A program made the translations under genes and the position numbers. The notes beneath the pieces are model-generated. The model searched no databases. It had not been told where the DNA came from and saw only the letters and a list, made by a program, of their open reading frames with translations. This document shows positions 10,698 to 22,900 of a DNA stretch of 64,000 bases, piece by piece; the first letter of the stretch is position 1; each line of letters starts with the position of its first letter. This DNA comes from an uncultured delta proteobacterium. Its GTDB lineage: Bacteria; Desulfobacterota; WTBG01; CAIYCZ01; CAIRTM01. The stretch spans positions 84,064 to 148,063 of the forward strand of contig CAVRPV010000019.1 in assembly GCA_963723235.1 (NCBI GenBank). Direction: 5' to 3'.

Positions 10698-12483
10698 CTA
10701 TCCTGCAAAAGGCCAGATCAGCGGCGTGAGCGCCACGGTTACACAGCCGATCGTCAGGCCAAGCGGAATGCCGATGCGCAGATAGTCCCCGAACCGGTAG
10801 CCGCCGGGACCGTAGACCATGAGGTTGGTCTCATAGCCTATCGGCGTTGCAAAGCTCGCCGAGGCGGCCACCATGATACATATGACAAACGGCATGATGC
10901 TAACATCGAGTTGCTCGGCCGTGCGCATGGCAATGGGGAACACCAGCGCGGCAGCGGCGTTGTTCGTAATGACTTCAGTAGTTATGGCGGTGGCAAGGTA
11001 AACCAGCGCCAGCGTGAACCAGGGGTTCGAGCCGGCAAGGCTCAGCAGACTGCATGCCAGCGCCGCCGCAGCGCCCGTCTTCTCGAGAGCAAGCCCCAGC
11101 CCGAGCGCGGCGGCAATGGTCAGCAGCACATCCCATTCGATGCTGCGCCGCGCGCTTGCATGCGAGCAGCAGCCCGTCACAAGCATCAGGGCTGCGGCCA
11201 GCAGGGCGGCATTCAACATGCTCAGCCATCCAAGAGCCGCCAGCACCACCATGCCGATCAGAATCGCAAAAGCCACCGGAGACTTTTCAACGCAGCGGCG
11301 AGGAATCACCAACCTCGCTTACCAGATAAAAATCGCGGCTGTCCTTCTGACGCGGGATGAACGCGCTTCAACCAGCAGCGTGTCGCCCGGCCGCAGCACG
11401 ATATCGCCGAGCCTGCCCTGCAGGCGTTCGCCGTTGCGCGCGACCGCGACCACCACGGCATTGTATCGGTCCCGAAACCGGCCTTCACGGATGGATTGCC
11501 CATCAGCGGACAGGTGTTGGACACGACCGTCTCCACGAGGCAGCGCTCATGCCGCGGCGTGTCAAGCTTGAAAATCTGGTCAGATGCCGGGTGCAGGTCC
11601 TGGTAGCCATACAGGGTTTTGAGGGAATCGACATTGCCCACAAACACCAGGCGGTCGTTGGCCCGCAGCACTTCATCGGGTGCAACCGCGGTAATGATAC
11701 GGTTGCCCCGGATCACCTCGGCCAGAAACGCGCCCGGCAGCTGCCGCAGGCCGGCCGCTTCGATTGTTTTATTCTCGATTGATCCGCCCGGTGTAACCTC
11801 AAGCTCCAGGGTATATTCACGCGGGTCCGCCACGATTTCATCAAAGGCCCTGCGCGAGGGCAGCAGGCGCGAGAGCACAACCACAAACAATACCCCCACC
11901 ACGGCCACGGGCAGCCCTATTTGGTAATTTCAAACATGTTCAGCCCGGCGCTGTGATAGCGCGCCTGAAACATGCCGTTAACCACCAGGTTGGTGCTGGT
12001 GCCGATCAGGGTACACAGGCCGCCGAAAATCGCCGCATAACTGAGCGGAAGCAACAGCCGGGAGGACGGAATACGTATCCGGCGGCACCATTCGCTGACA
12101 ACCGGAATGAAAAAGGGCGACCACGGGAGTGTTGTTGAGAAAAGCACTCAGGCCGCACACCGGCAGCATCAGGCGCAGCGCCCTGCGATAGGTTTTCGGA
12201 CGGCCGAGAACATGCCGGGATATCCAGCTAAGACCGCCGGTAGGTATCTTTCAGTCCGGAAACGACGCATACAGAACGGGCTGTTGCCAACCCCCTGTGA
12301 ACTGAATCCGGAAAGAGCTTCAGCAGGATCAAGGATGCCTGAAATCAGCAATATGCCGAGACCTCCGAGAAAAACATAGTCGGAGGGAAGACGAGTGAAT
12401 ACGAGAACAATAACAATGGTAAGTATAATCCCCATCGTCATCCAGGCGTGCCATCCAAGCTCGGTCAGTGAAAGAGTATCCAT
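10698..12483 (-). CDS. SLC13/DASS-family anion permease with two central TrkA-C (RCK_C) domains, fragmented by frameshifts
   Basis: Transmembrane segments appear at both ends (ORFs 12169-12483, 11917-12147, 10698-11312). The central ORF 11306-11908 carries RCK_C-type segments. Confidence 0.7.
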
Positions 12484-12883
12484 GCTGCTGTCACATCTCC
12501 TTTACAACTGGACCCGAAGTTATTCCCCAAGAACTGCGGCATGGCAACGTAAACCGGCCAATGTTCGCAGCACACATTGTATCGTATTGGCTCATGTCAG
12601 GATAGTTTTTTTTGGGTGGAGTCGTTTGCCGGAAGTATTCCCCAATCGGTCAGAACAAACCGCCGGCAGCCAGGCGCACCTCCTTCCTGCCGATAGCCGG
12701 CCCGCCGGTATTTCCCCTCCCTTACACATAAATTAACGCAACAATTCTCTTGGATTAACAATAACGCTTTAAATTATAAGCAACAAAGCATGCTGAAATC
12801 AGGCATGTGCAAAAGCAATGATGTCAAAGAACGGTAAACAAACAATCGCCTGATAACAAAATTTATGGGAAAGGAAAATCGCC

Positions 12884-13105
12884 ATGGACAGCACAATTGA
12901 ATTAGTCATTATGCACCATGAAAACATGCGCGTACTCTATCCGGATGAAGAGTTGATGATTGTGTGCGAATGCGAAGGAGCCGTGTATGACATGCGGATA
13001 CTGGCCCTGAATGTACTTCGCTCATTCGACCGGAAGCACGAGACCTTATTTTTCAAGGGCTTGAGCATCAACCAGCTGCCGTCGCCGTTAGACAAATATA
13101 GATGA
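12884..13105 (+). CDS. Hypothetical protein in a lower-GC region
   Basis: ORF only. It may continue in another frame to about 13340. Confidence 0.25.
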   Translation: MDSTIELVIMHHENMRVLYPDEELMIVCECEGAVYDMRILALNVLRSFDRKHETLFFKGLSINQLPSPLDKYR

Positions 13106-13466
13106 TGTACTGACGGGCTGATTATTCCGATCGGTATCAGCACCGAAATAAACGCTGGTTTTCGCGGCACCGCTGGAACATGGCCGGAATATGGAACGCG
13201 CACCGTCCGCTGGCTAACGTCATGAAAGTGCTCAAAGGCCTGCAAATGCAGGAACAGGACACATTCGGCCTAAGCGCGGAGCGTGCAGGCAGAACTGACG
13301 AAGAGTTTATCTCAATCGTCAATACCCTCGGAAAAGATGTCGACATGCGCTTGACGTGAAATAATTTTTTTTGATGATGCCGTTGAAGACAAAAAGTCTG
13401 CTGAAAGAATATTCGAGCCTGCCGCCATTTTCAAAATAAAGGTTACCGCCTTATAGCCGTCATCGA

Positions 13467-13560
13467 CAACCGGATAGAGGCCGAACCCGCGCATATATTC
13501 TGTATTGATAGAGCCCTGGAGGTGATGCATCTGCAGGGGCGTGCGGTCAGGGAGATGACA
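13467..13560 (+). repeat. Copy A of an imperfect direct repeat of about 95 bp (core TTCTGTATTGATAGAGCC..GGAG.T.AT.CATCTGCAG)
   Basis: About 80% identical to 13988-14080. Both copies lie upstream of small ORFs or the PAP2 gene. Confidence 0.6.
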
Positions 13561-13987
13561 CGAATGGATATTGATCCCCGTATGCTTGCCAAACCCGATT
13601 TCATGCCCTGGGATCTGCTGAATACAAAAGCCCGCAATGAGATTGTACCCAGCTGCGCGTTTGCCAGGCATGACAATCTCAACGTTTTTCAGAATGCTTT
13701 AGCATGACGTGCTGCTCAACCAAACAAACCGGGTTACGCATGAACAGGTGCATAATTGCTACCAAACACCAAACCTGCAAGGAGAAACAATGCTATGAAC
13801 ACACACATTCGAAACACTTTCCTGTTCGTTCTGACTATAGCAGTTGCGTTTCAATTTGTTGTGGCTGCGTGTGCTTTCCGCAGCGCAATTCTGTTGTCGA
13901 CTACACTGCCCAGCGATTTCCAGTATTTGGCGATGCTTATTTTTTAACGGGTATGCTTTCGGGCTCCTGCCGGCCTGACTCGGCATT

Positions 13988-14080
13988 CGACAACCGGACA
14001 GAGCCTGAAACCGCACATATCTTCTGTATTGATAGAGCCATGGAGATAATTCATCTGCAGTCACGCGCGGTTCAGTGATT
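13988..14080 (+). repeat. Copy B of the 95-bp direct repeat, ending in TGATTTTTTT immediately upstream of the PAP2 gene
   Basis: See copy A. Confidence 0.6.
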
Positions 14081-14129
14081 TTTTTCCTGACACAGTACGA
14101 ATACGGATAACAGCCTGACAGGAGAGGAC

Positions 14130-14640
14130 CATGATACATGCATTGATTGGAAAAGTAACCGCCTGGGATATTGTCTTCTTTAGCTCTATCTGCAGAGAAC
14201 GGGAAATACGGCTGTTACGCGCTGCATGGGGGATTTTTCAGCCAGCGGAGACGGGTATTTCTATCCGCTGATTGCCGGGGTGCTGTTCTGCTGTGCGCCG
14301 GGAAGAGGCGATACATTTTGCCATTGCAGCCGGCCTGGCCTTTGCCATTGAACTGCCGGCATACCGCATCCTGAAGCAGAAAGTCAGGCGCAACCGCCCT
14401 TTTTGAGTCACTGCGCGGCATACGAAGCAGGGTTGTTCCTTCGGATCAGTTCAGCTTCCCCTCGGGTCATACGGCAGCAGCTTTTATCATGGCGGTGCTA
14501 CTGGCATATTTTTTCCCTGTAGCAGCAATACCCGTTTACCTCTGGGCTTCATGTGTCGGGCTGTAGCTCGCGCGTATTACCTGGCGTGCATTATCCCTCA
14601 GATATTCTGGCAGGCGTGGTGATGGGCTCGGCAAGTGCCC
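14130..14640 (+). CDS. PAP2-family lipid phosphatase; frameshifted and running directly into the poly-G tract
   Basis: All three PAP2 motifs are present across frames: KQKVRRNRPF, PSGH (PSDQFSFPSGHTAAAF) and SRAYYLGVHYPSDILAG. Confidence 0.7.
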
Positions 14641-14688
<48 letters not shown>

Positions 14689-14735
14689 TATCAGCGCCGT
14701 TGCATAACCTTTCGACCATAGGTGTAAACAACCAT

Positions 14736-15650
14736 GAACATCCTGTACGGCGTTCAGGCTACCGGAAACGGCCACATCAGCCGTTCGCGAGAAATCATTA
14801 CGGCTCTGAAAAAAGCCGGGCACTATGTGCAGACCATCGTGAGCGGACGCGAGCCCAGCTCACCTGTGGGACATGGATATATTTAAGCCCTACACCGTTT
14901 TTAAGGGCATGACGCTGCAGATTTTGAGCGTGGCAGGCTCCGGTGTTTCGAGACGGCCCACAACCTTGACATACGGCAATTCTACCGCGATATCCGGTCC
15001 TACCGTGCTCCGGTCGCCTTCGACGTCGCCCTTGTCGATTTTGAACCGGTGACCGCCCGCATTGCACGTCGCCTGCGTATTCCCAGCATCGGAATCGGCC
15101 ACCAGTACGCATTCAACTACGACGTTCCTGCCCCGAAACGCGATCCGGTTGCCCGATTGATTCTCAAATACTTTGCGCCGACCGACCACGCAATCGGCCT
15201 GCACTGGCATCATTTCGGCTATCCGATTCTGCCGCCCGTGGTTCCCGAGATCACGTGTAATGCAGACCTGCAGACACATAAAATTCTTGTGTACCTGCCG
15301 GTTGAGGAGCGCAGCGATGTGGTGCGCCTGCTGAGTCAGTTTAAGCAGCCACGACTTTTACTACTATACCGACGTCAGCGAAGCACATAACGAGGGCAAC
15401 GTGTACCTGCGGCCGTTTTCACGCAGCGGGTTTATCGATAACCTGAAAAACTGCAACGGCGTCATCTGCAATGCAGGTTTTGAACTGGCCAGCGAGGCGC
15501 TGCATGCAGGGAAGAAAATGCTGGTCAAACCGCTGGCAGGACAACTGGAGCAGCCTTCAAACGCACAGGCAATGCGGAAGCTCGGACTCGGAGATGTGAT
15601 GGAGCGCCTTGACGCGACGCAACCGGACCTGGCTCACGAAATATGCTCCA
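14736..15650 (+). CDS. Glycosyltransferase of the MJ1255/TIGR00661 (GT28-like) family, candidate glycolipid synthase; fragmented by frameshifts
   Basis: N-terminus MNILYGVQATGNGHISRSREI. Later segments HQYAFNYDVPAPKRDP and ICNAGFELASEALHAGKKMLVKPLAGQLEQPSNAQAM are typical of this family. Confidence 0.65.
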
Positions 15651-15836
15651 CCCCCTCAACACTATCCCGATGTTGCGCAGCTGATCGCGGACTGGGTCGC
15701 GCGCGGCGAATGGAAGGACACGGAGCGGCTTGTCGACCGGGCCTGGTCCGATCAAAACAACCGCATGAATCCATGCAGCTCCCCCTTGGAAAAAGTGTCC
15801 TGAATCGTCTGCGTAAGCTGTTGATCATATGTCTGC

Positions 15837-16269
15837 GTGCGGTATGCACTGGCACCCTATCCTGCAGTATGCCACGCTGAAGATCCCCCGGCTACGCCGG
15901 GCTGCGATGAAACGGTGCATTTCAGCCGGGTTGCGCAGGCCGATGCGCACATGGCGCTGCGGGCGTCATTCCTTGTACAGGGCGATGCCGACCTTGTTGA
16001 TGAAACTTTGCGCAATGCTGAAAAATTTCCCGAGTTTATGCCCAATACCGATGAGGTACAGGTGCTTGAACGCGCTGAAGATCACCAGATTGTATCATTT
16101 AAGGGCTCAAGCGGACTGTTCAAAAGCGAAGTTGTTTTGCGGCGCGTTGCCGACGACCGCAGCCGCCGCATATCATGGAGCCTTGTCCGTGGAAGCCTTG
16201 ACGTCAAGCGAAGGGTTCTGGGCGGTTGAACACGACACGATGTGCGGAGCTTCGCGTGTAACCTACTAA
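15837..16269 (+). CDS. SRPBCC (polyketide-cyclase/START-like) family protein; C-terminus frameshifted
   Basis: ..FLVQGDADLVDETLRNAEKFPEFMP..VVLRRVAD.. and a terminal ..GFWAVEHDTMCGASRVTY segment in the adjacent frame. Confidence 0.5.
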
Positions 16270-16629
16270 ACACAGTCGATGCAAAGCTGCCATTACCAGG
16301 CGCCTTGTCCGCTCGTTTTTGCGCACCAGCATTGAGGATACTGCCGTAAACCTGCGCAAGCGGGTTTCCAGCAACGGAACCTGGCAGAGCGAAGAATACC
16401 GCAAACGCCTGAAACATACGCGATAGAGCACGATAAAAGAATCCCTGCGCAATGCAAAAGCCCGAACCCGGGAAGCTCTACACGCGACAATCGCTGCAGC
16501 AGCAAAAACCGTGTCTCATCAGGATGCTCTGAGATGGTTAAGCTCGTGAGTACTTCAAGTATTACAGCGTTACAATGCTCTAACCGTCCAGCCAACCAGC
16601 TGACACTCTTTAATATTTAACCGGACACT

Positions 16630-16800
16630 GCTTAGGGCATGTATTCAATAAGCATCGGATAGCACGGATGATACACCGGATACAGTTCCAGCCTGTGCTG
16701 TTCGTTCTGAGCCGAACAGATGAATACCTGCATTGCAAACAGAGTTGTAAAAACAATATAGGCAAACATTGACAGCATTATTTTTAAAAGCATTTTCTTC
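16630..16800 (-). CDS. Small secreted hypothetical protein (56 aa) not present in the ORF track
   Basis: MKKMLLKIMLSMFAYIVFTTLFAMQVFICSAQNEQHRLELYPVYHPCYPMLIEYMP, found by translating the minus strand. Signal-peptide-like N-terminus. Confidence 0.3.
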
Positions 16801-17296
16801 ATATACAGCTTCCTCCTTTTTCTGGTTTTTCTGCCTGTCTTGGCAGCGCCCTGTTAAATATTTTCATCTCTGCCTACAATCTAACTCCGAAGAGTTAATC
16901 GGGTATAAGTGTACAGTTAAAAAGGAACGCACATGTATTGTGCAGGGTGTGCGTCTGCACTTTTTCACTCAGCACGCATAAGAACTATATGTGCAGGACG
17001 GCAAAGTTCTTCACAGGCATGATTTCTTACAGGACAACATTACTATGCGATATTTGTGCAGGAATGAATAAGCGTTTATTTTTGCGATAACCGGGGTTGC
17101 GAGATATTTCTCAAGCATAGCACCTCCGGCAAAGCCGGGGTTTACCTGTAAAAAAAGCAAGCGCAAGACAGCTACCGGCGATCGCCAGCGCGAAAAGCCA
17201 TTCACGGCGCATCAGGTCATGTTCGATTCCTTTGAAAAAAGGGAAAGGAGGGCTCCGGGGACCCAGCACTCTTTTCCATACACTTGAGGTGTACGT

Positions 17297-18857
17297 TTAT
17301 TTCATCACCGGCAGAGACGGCAGCCGCATGGCTGCGGCGATTGCCTTGGCAATGTCGGTATTATCGTAAAAACCGGTAAACCGCCAGGCACCTGCGCCCG
17401 CGGCATAGACCGGGATCGGAACGCCGGTATGGGAATAGGAGGTCCAGCCGATGCTGGCGCGCTCGTTCAGGATATGGGTGATCGTGACCACGATGGGCTC
17501 ATAGCCGCTATACAGAAAGGTATTTTCAGAAGCATTGTTGTTGTTTGAGCCGCACATGGACTTGTCATAGGCATCTTCAAGCTTTTCTTTCTGGTAATCA
17601 TTCAGATCCGCCCAGACAAGGCCGAACGTATCCTGCATAAGGGTCACAAACTCGGCATTGCTTGCCAGGTTTGTGGGGCTGGTATAGTCATAGCCGCTGG
17701 CATAGGCAGCCTTGTGGTCGGCCCACTGATTGTCGCCGAAATACTGGAAGCTGCAGTCCTGGGTCATGAGACGGTCATAATAGGCCGTATAGCCCGTTGT
17801 GGCATGGCCGACGGTCATGCCGCCGGTTTCATGGTCGCCGGTGACAATGATAAGAGTATCCTTGGGGTACTTTTTGTAAAATTCAAGAGCCACGCGCGAC
17901 GCTGTCGTCGAAATCGAGCATATCGCCGATCGTGGCGACGGCGTCATTGGCATGGCAGGCCCAGTCGATCTTACCGCCTTCAACCATCAGGAAGAAGCCC
18001 TCGTCTTTGCCCTTGCCTTTTTTGCCGTTATTGGACAGGCAGGCGATGGCGACTTCGGTCATTTCGGCAAGCGAAAGGTTGGTTAAGGGCCGATCAACAG
18101 CGTACGGCATGGCGCCGCTGTCCTGCAGCCAGGGATTAATACACACGACTTTGCTCTGCGGAGTGGTTTTGAGCGACATGATGGAAGCACGGTCGTTAAG
18201 CACGGTGTAACCGTTTGTGTCAAGCAGGTCCCAGATATTGTTGCCCGTGTCGCCAGCTGCGGGCCGGACCCGTGGGCGAAGCAAAGCCGCCGCCGCCGAA
18301 AAATTCATAGCCGGTCGCGGCAAGCTGGCTGGCAATATTGTTGTAGTAGCCCCGGTTCTCGGCGCTGGCATAGTAGGACGCGGGCGTTGCATGATCAAGC
18401 GATACGCTCGATAATGATGCCCACTTTCCGGCCACTTCATGGGCCAGCTGGGCCACGCTTTTTACGCTGTTGGTTTTGGTTTCATCCATGCCGACGGTGC
18501 CGCTGACGGTCTTGATGCCGCAGGCGAACGCCGTGCCCGATGAGGCCGAATCCGTCATCAGCGCGAATGCATCATAGGTGGTCTGCATGCCCTGTACCGG
18601 CAGCTTGCTCATGGTGAGCCGGTTTGCGGGCTTGAGCAGGTCCGTTGCCAGTTTTGCCGACCGCCGTTGAGCGTTGTCAGGTAGGCTTCAGCGGCCTGAA
18701 CCTGTGAGTTGGCCATTCCGTCACCGAGGAAAAAGAATACGTACTTGGGCCTGCCGACCAATGCGGCCTGCGCCTGAACGCTGACGGCGCAGACTGCAAA
18801 CGCGGCCATAATAGTCACTACTGCAATCACTTTCAGTTTTTTATGCATGCGATACAT
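17297..18857 (-). CDS. phoA: Alkaline phosphatase (PhoA family) with signal peptide, split over four frames
   Basis: Signal peptide MHKKLKVIAVVTIMAAFAVCAVSVQA. Other hallmarks include FFFLGDGM, DHATPASYYAS.., MVEGGKIDWACHAND and IIVTGDHETGG. Confidence 0.85.
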
Positions 18858-19026
18858 GGTGTCTCCTCCCTGCTGATGTGTTGTGTGTCGTTACGTGTCA
18901 GGTGCTGCAGCGTTATTGGTCATTGCGCCGAACGTTCACTGCTTCCACGCATCTGTTCAGTCCCGTGCCTCCTTTCTAACGATACGCAGCAATAGTCTCA
19001 ATACCTGCAAAGATAGCCGGGAGCTA

Positions 19027-19053
19027 TTAACCGGAGATTAAGTGCGGATTAAT
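19027..19053 (+). promoter_or_regulatory. Candidate Pho box upstream of phoA: TTAAC / TTAAG / TTAAT direct repeats at exact 11-bp spacing
   Basis: Repeats begin at 19027, 19038 and 19049, with the same architecture as the sites at 20995-21032 and 23506-23550. Confidence 0.45.
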
Positions 19054-19101
19054 TTTGAGGCGCGGCAGGACTGTTGAGCGATCCCGTCTGAAATCGCGGC
19101 A

Positions 19102-20938
19102 TCAGGCCGGGACAGCGGCCTGACGAACGTCAGCAGCGTGATGCGCCCTGAAGGCGGCAAGCCCCTGTTGCCCAAGAAAGCGCTGCAGAAGACGGCTGTC
19201 GGTTTTCAGCAGGTCGACAACAAGCAGGCCGTCGATTACCCCGGAAAAAGAAGGATCAACATTAAAGTCAACAATGGCGGCATGCAGCTTGAGGTAATGG
19301 CGCAGGAGCACGGGCATGCCCTTTCCGTCGTGCTCAATATCGGCAATCATCGCGGAGATGTTGTCGAAGGTCAGTTCATCGAAAATCTCCGGCCCTTTAA
19401 TAAAGGGGAAAGAGCGAACCGGGTTGCGCGGCCCGGACGCAGTGCGACAGGTCGGCATGCGGCCGGGTGCAGCGCAAAAAACTCAACATCAGGTCTTTCG
19501 ATACGCGGTGGTAATCATTGCTGATGCTGACCGGGCCAAAGAGCTTTGCGTAGTGGGGATTGCGCACAACGTACTGGCCGATGCCCTTCCACAAAGTTGC
19601 CAGCGTATTGTACTGCTTCTGGTAGTCCGGGCTGATGAACGAGCGCCCCAGTTCGAGGGCCGGCCCGAGATGACGAAAGAAGTCCCGCTTTATATCAAAC
19701 AGCGTTGACGTATAGAGACCGTTGCGGCCATGGCGCGACAGTATGTCGTCGCTGTGCCCGACACGGTAGGCGCCGGCGATCCTGCCAAGCGCGTCATCCC
19801 AGAGAAAAATATGCTGATAGTAGTCATCAAAGGCGTCAAGGTCACAGGATCTGCCCGTTCCTTCGCTGACGGCGCGGAAGGCCTCTTCCCGCAGGCGCCC
19901 GATTTCGCGCAGAACAGCGGGGCTGCCGGGTTTTTCGACGGCATAAACATGCATGTGCCCGTGCCGCAGCAGCAGCCGGTCCCCGGGCAGGTTGCCGATT
20001 TCAGCCTCAAGACTGTCCCGGGGAACAGCCGAAATCAGCGGCGCACAGCCGGCGGGCCGGCACCGCAGCACGGTGCGTTTAATGCCGGTGGTGCGCGCGG
20101 CGCCGGCGCTTCGTCGTCCCAGCAGGTAGGTATGCAGGCGCAAATAGCGCGTGACGGCGCTGCGTGAATCCATATGCTCAATGGCGGCATACGTGATCGG
20201 CCGGCCGATGGCGAGCGGGATATCAGAGGACTTTTTCTTCATCAGCTCACGCGGCAGCATGGCAGTTCTGAGCAGCGGATGCACCATGCCCATGAGCTGG
20301 AAAAACAGACTGTTACGCCCGCTGAAATAGACCGGCAGCGTCACGGCACGGGTATGCTGTATAAGCGCTGCCGCGTGCAGCGACCACGCTGGATCGGTTA
20401 TGCGGCGGACGGATGGGTCCCAGTGCGATACCTCGCCTGCGGGGAACATGCCGACGGCGCCGCCGCCGCGCAGCCAGGACAGTGCATTTTTCATGGGCGC
20501 CAGGTTGCGGATGGCGGCATTGTTTCCCTGGAACGGGTCAACCGGGATAATGCTGTGCTGTATTTCAGGTATCTGATGCAGGAAATAATTACCGATAATC
20601 TTTACATCATTTCGAACGCGGCTGAGCAGCCAGCCCAGAATGATGCCGTCAAGCGCGCCGAAGGGATGATTGCACACCACGACCAGCGGCCCGCTGCGGG
20701 GTATTCTTTCCAGATCACTGTCGTTGACCCGCACCGCCACATTCAGAAAATCAATACAGCGCCCAAAAAAAGTATCGGCCTGCTGATGCTGCAGGCATCT
20801 GTACATGTGATTGACTGCGCTCAGGCACAGCATCTTCTCAAGAGGCGCCTCGACCATCTGCACGAAACGCGCTGATGCCGGTTTCGCAATGTGGCGTTTA
20901 AGGTCGATAAGCTTGTCCACGGCGTGAGTGTCGGGCAT
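19102..20938 (-). CDS. Bifunctional aminolipid synthase-like acyltransferase (OlsF-like), with a frameshift near 19400-19460
   Basis: The N-terminal domain is PlsC-like with HX4D (VVCNHPFGALDGIILGW). The C-terminal domain is an OlsB-like GNAT N-acyltransferase (..LRHYLKLHAAIVDFNVDPSFSGVIDGLLVVDL). Confidence 0.65.
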
Positions 20939-20993
20939 GGTGCAGCCTCCTAAAAATAAATTTTCTGCTCTGTAAGAAGCGTATGCCGGAAGT

Positions 20994-21032
20994 ATTAACG
21001 GGTGATAAACGCCTCGTTATATTTCCATTAAG
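20994..21032 (+). promoter_or_regulatory. Candidate Pho box in the divergent olsF-like / PHP-gene promoter: ATTAAC, ATAAAC, GTTATA and ATTAAG at 11-bp periodicity
   Basis: Half-sites begin at 20995, 21006, 21017 and 21028, which is 57-95 bp upstream of the olsF-like start on the minus strand. Confidence 0.5.
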
Positions 21033-21203
21033 CTCAGGCTCACGCTATGCCGGCCAAAACAAGGGCAACACAAAAATAACAAGGCCGTTATCGGGCTTTA
21101 ACTCTTGACAGGTATTGAATAAAGAGAATCAATCAAGGCAGGCAGCCGGAAATCAGGCCTGCCGGTACAGCACACGGTTTTTCGTACAGGGGAGGAAACG
21201 CAT

Positions 21204-22900
21204 ATGGCAAAGGCGGATCTGCATGTTCATTCCTCATATTCGGCCCGGCCTTCGGAGTGGTTCCTGCAGCGGCTCGGCACGCGGGAGTCATACACGGACC
21301 CCGAAACCATCTACCGGGAAGCGCTGAAACAGGGGATGGATTTCGTAACCATCACCGACCATAACACCATCGAGGGCGCGCTGATCCTGAAGGAGCGCCA
21401 CCCGGAGCGTGTTTTTACCGGCGTTGAGGCGACAACCTATTTTCCGGAAACAGGCTGCAAGGTGCACCTGCTGGTCTACGGTTTTAATGAAGCGCAGTTT
21501 GCCATGATTAGACCGGCTGCGGCCCGATATTTACCAGCTGAGAGACTATGTGCGCGAGCAGGGCCTTGCGCATTCGGTCGCTCACGCAACCTATTCAATA
21601 AACAACCGCCTTACCTTTGAACAGATCGAAAAACTGCTGCTGCTGTTTGACTGATTTGAAGCCATCAACGGCAGCCGAAGCCGCTACGCCAACGAGGTTT
21701 TCCAGCGCTCGCTTGCCTCTCTGACGCCCGAGCGCATCGAGCGCCTCAGACGCAAACACGGCATTGAACCCTTCAGCGATACGGCTTGGCGCAAAGCGCT
21801 TACCGGCGGCACCGACGATCACGGCGGCCTGTTCATCGGCAGAACACATACTGAGGCACACGCGGACAATCCTCCGGAATTTCTGCAGGCGCTGCAGCGC
21901 AAAGAAACCATGGCAGCAGGCCGGCACAATGATTACCGCGGACTTGCCTTTTCACTGTATAAAATCGCCTATGACTTTTCCTGCTCGAACAGCATGGTCA
22001 TATCATCGCCCCTGCTCAGTGCAATCAACCGGCTGCTGTTTGACAAAAGTTCACTCACCGTTAAAAACCGCTTTGCGCTCAAAAAAGTTTCTTATTCCCG
22101 CTCCAGCGGTGAAATTGAGCGCCTCATCGCCGACCTTATCGACACGCTCCAGATAAAACAGACCCGCTCAATTGACGACACCCTCGAGTATGTCCACACC
22201 ACCGTGGCGCATCTGTGCGATGAACTGTTCCGGCAGGTTGCACACACGGTCGAAGAAAGCCTTTCCAGCGGCAGCATTACCGGGCTTATGCACTGCGTCT
22301 CAAGCGCGCTGCCCGGGCTGTTTCTTGCGCTGCCGTTTTTTTCATCCCTCAATATTCTTTTTGAATCGCGCGCGCTGGTGGAACAGTTAAATGCAGAATT
22401 TGCAGAGCATATACACCGGCATCCCATAAAAACGCTTGTACTCACCGATGCCGTATGCGCAGCCGATTGCGCTGACGATTTGTTTGAGCAGTACAGCCGC
22501 GCACGCGGATGTGCGGCGGTTGATGGCGCTGTCATTGCGTGCGGAGACCTTAAAAACAGCCCGCACAGCATCCTGCCCGCAATCCACGAATTTAGTCTTC
22601 CATTCGGAGCCCGATGCACACTACGCGTTCCCTCGGTGCTGAACGCCATCAGGCACATCAGCGAGCAGCATCCGGATGAAATTGTTGTGACATCTCCGGG
22701 GCCGATGGGCCTGCTCGGGCTGCTCATAGCACGGCTGCTGCATGTGCCCTGCGTGGGTGTGCGCGACCCGCGCATGGCAGCAGCCGCAGGCGGCGGCGAT
22801 GACGCCGTTCTCGGAGAGCGCTACTTCCGCTGGTTTTACTCCATGACGGATTGTGTCGTGGAAGGATTTCCGGCAGCCGCGCAGCTCAATCCCTTTATCC
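21204..22900 (+). CDS. PHP-domain phosphoesterase fused to a GT4-like (Glyco_trans_4 N-domain-like) module; frameshifted, 3' end uncertain
   Basis: N-terminus MAKADLHVHSSYS..FVTITDHNT (PHP motifs), then ..LTGGTDDHGGLF. The C-terminal region ..PDEIVVTSPGPMGLLGLLIARLLHVPCVGV resembles a GT-B N-domain. Confidence 0.55.

Noticed and set aside
10911-11782. Several plus-strand ORFs (149-185 aa) rich in Arg, Ala and Pro
   Set aside because: They are antisense to the SLC13/TrkA-C permease gene. Their composition is typical of out-of-frame translation of high-GC coding DNA.
16480-16600. Possible small RNA or tRNA-like structured segment
   Set aside because: I could not derive a cloverleaf or a conserved ncRNA motif. 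Probably intergenic sequence.
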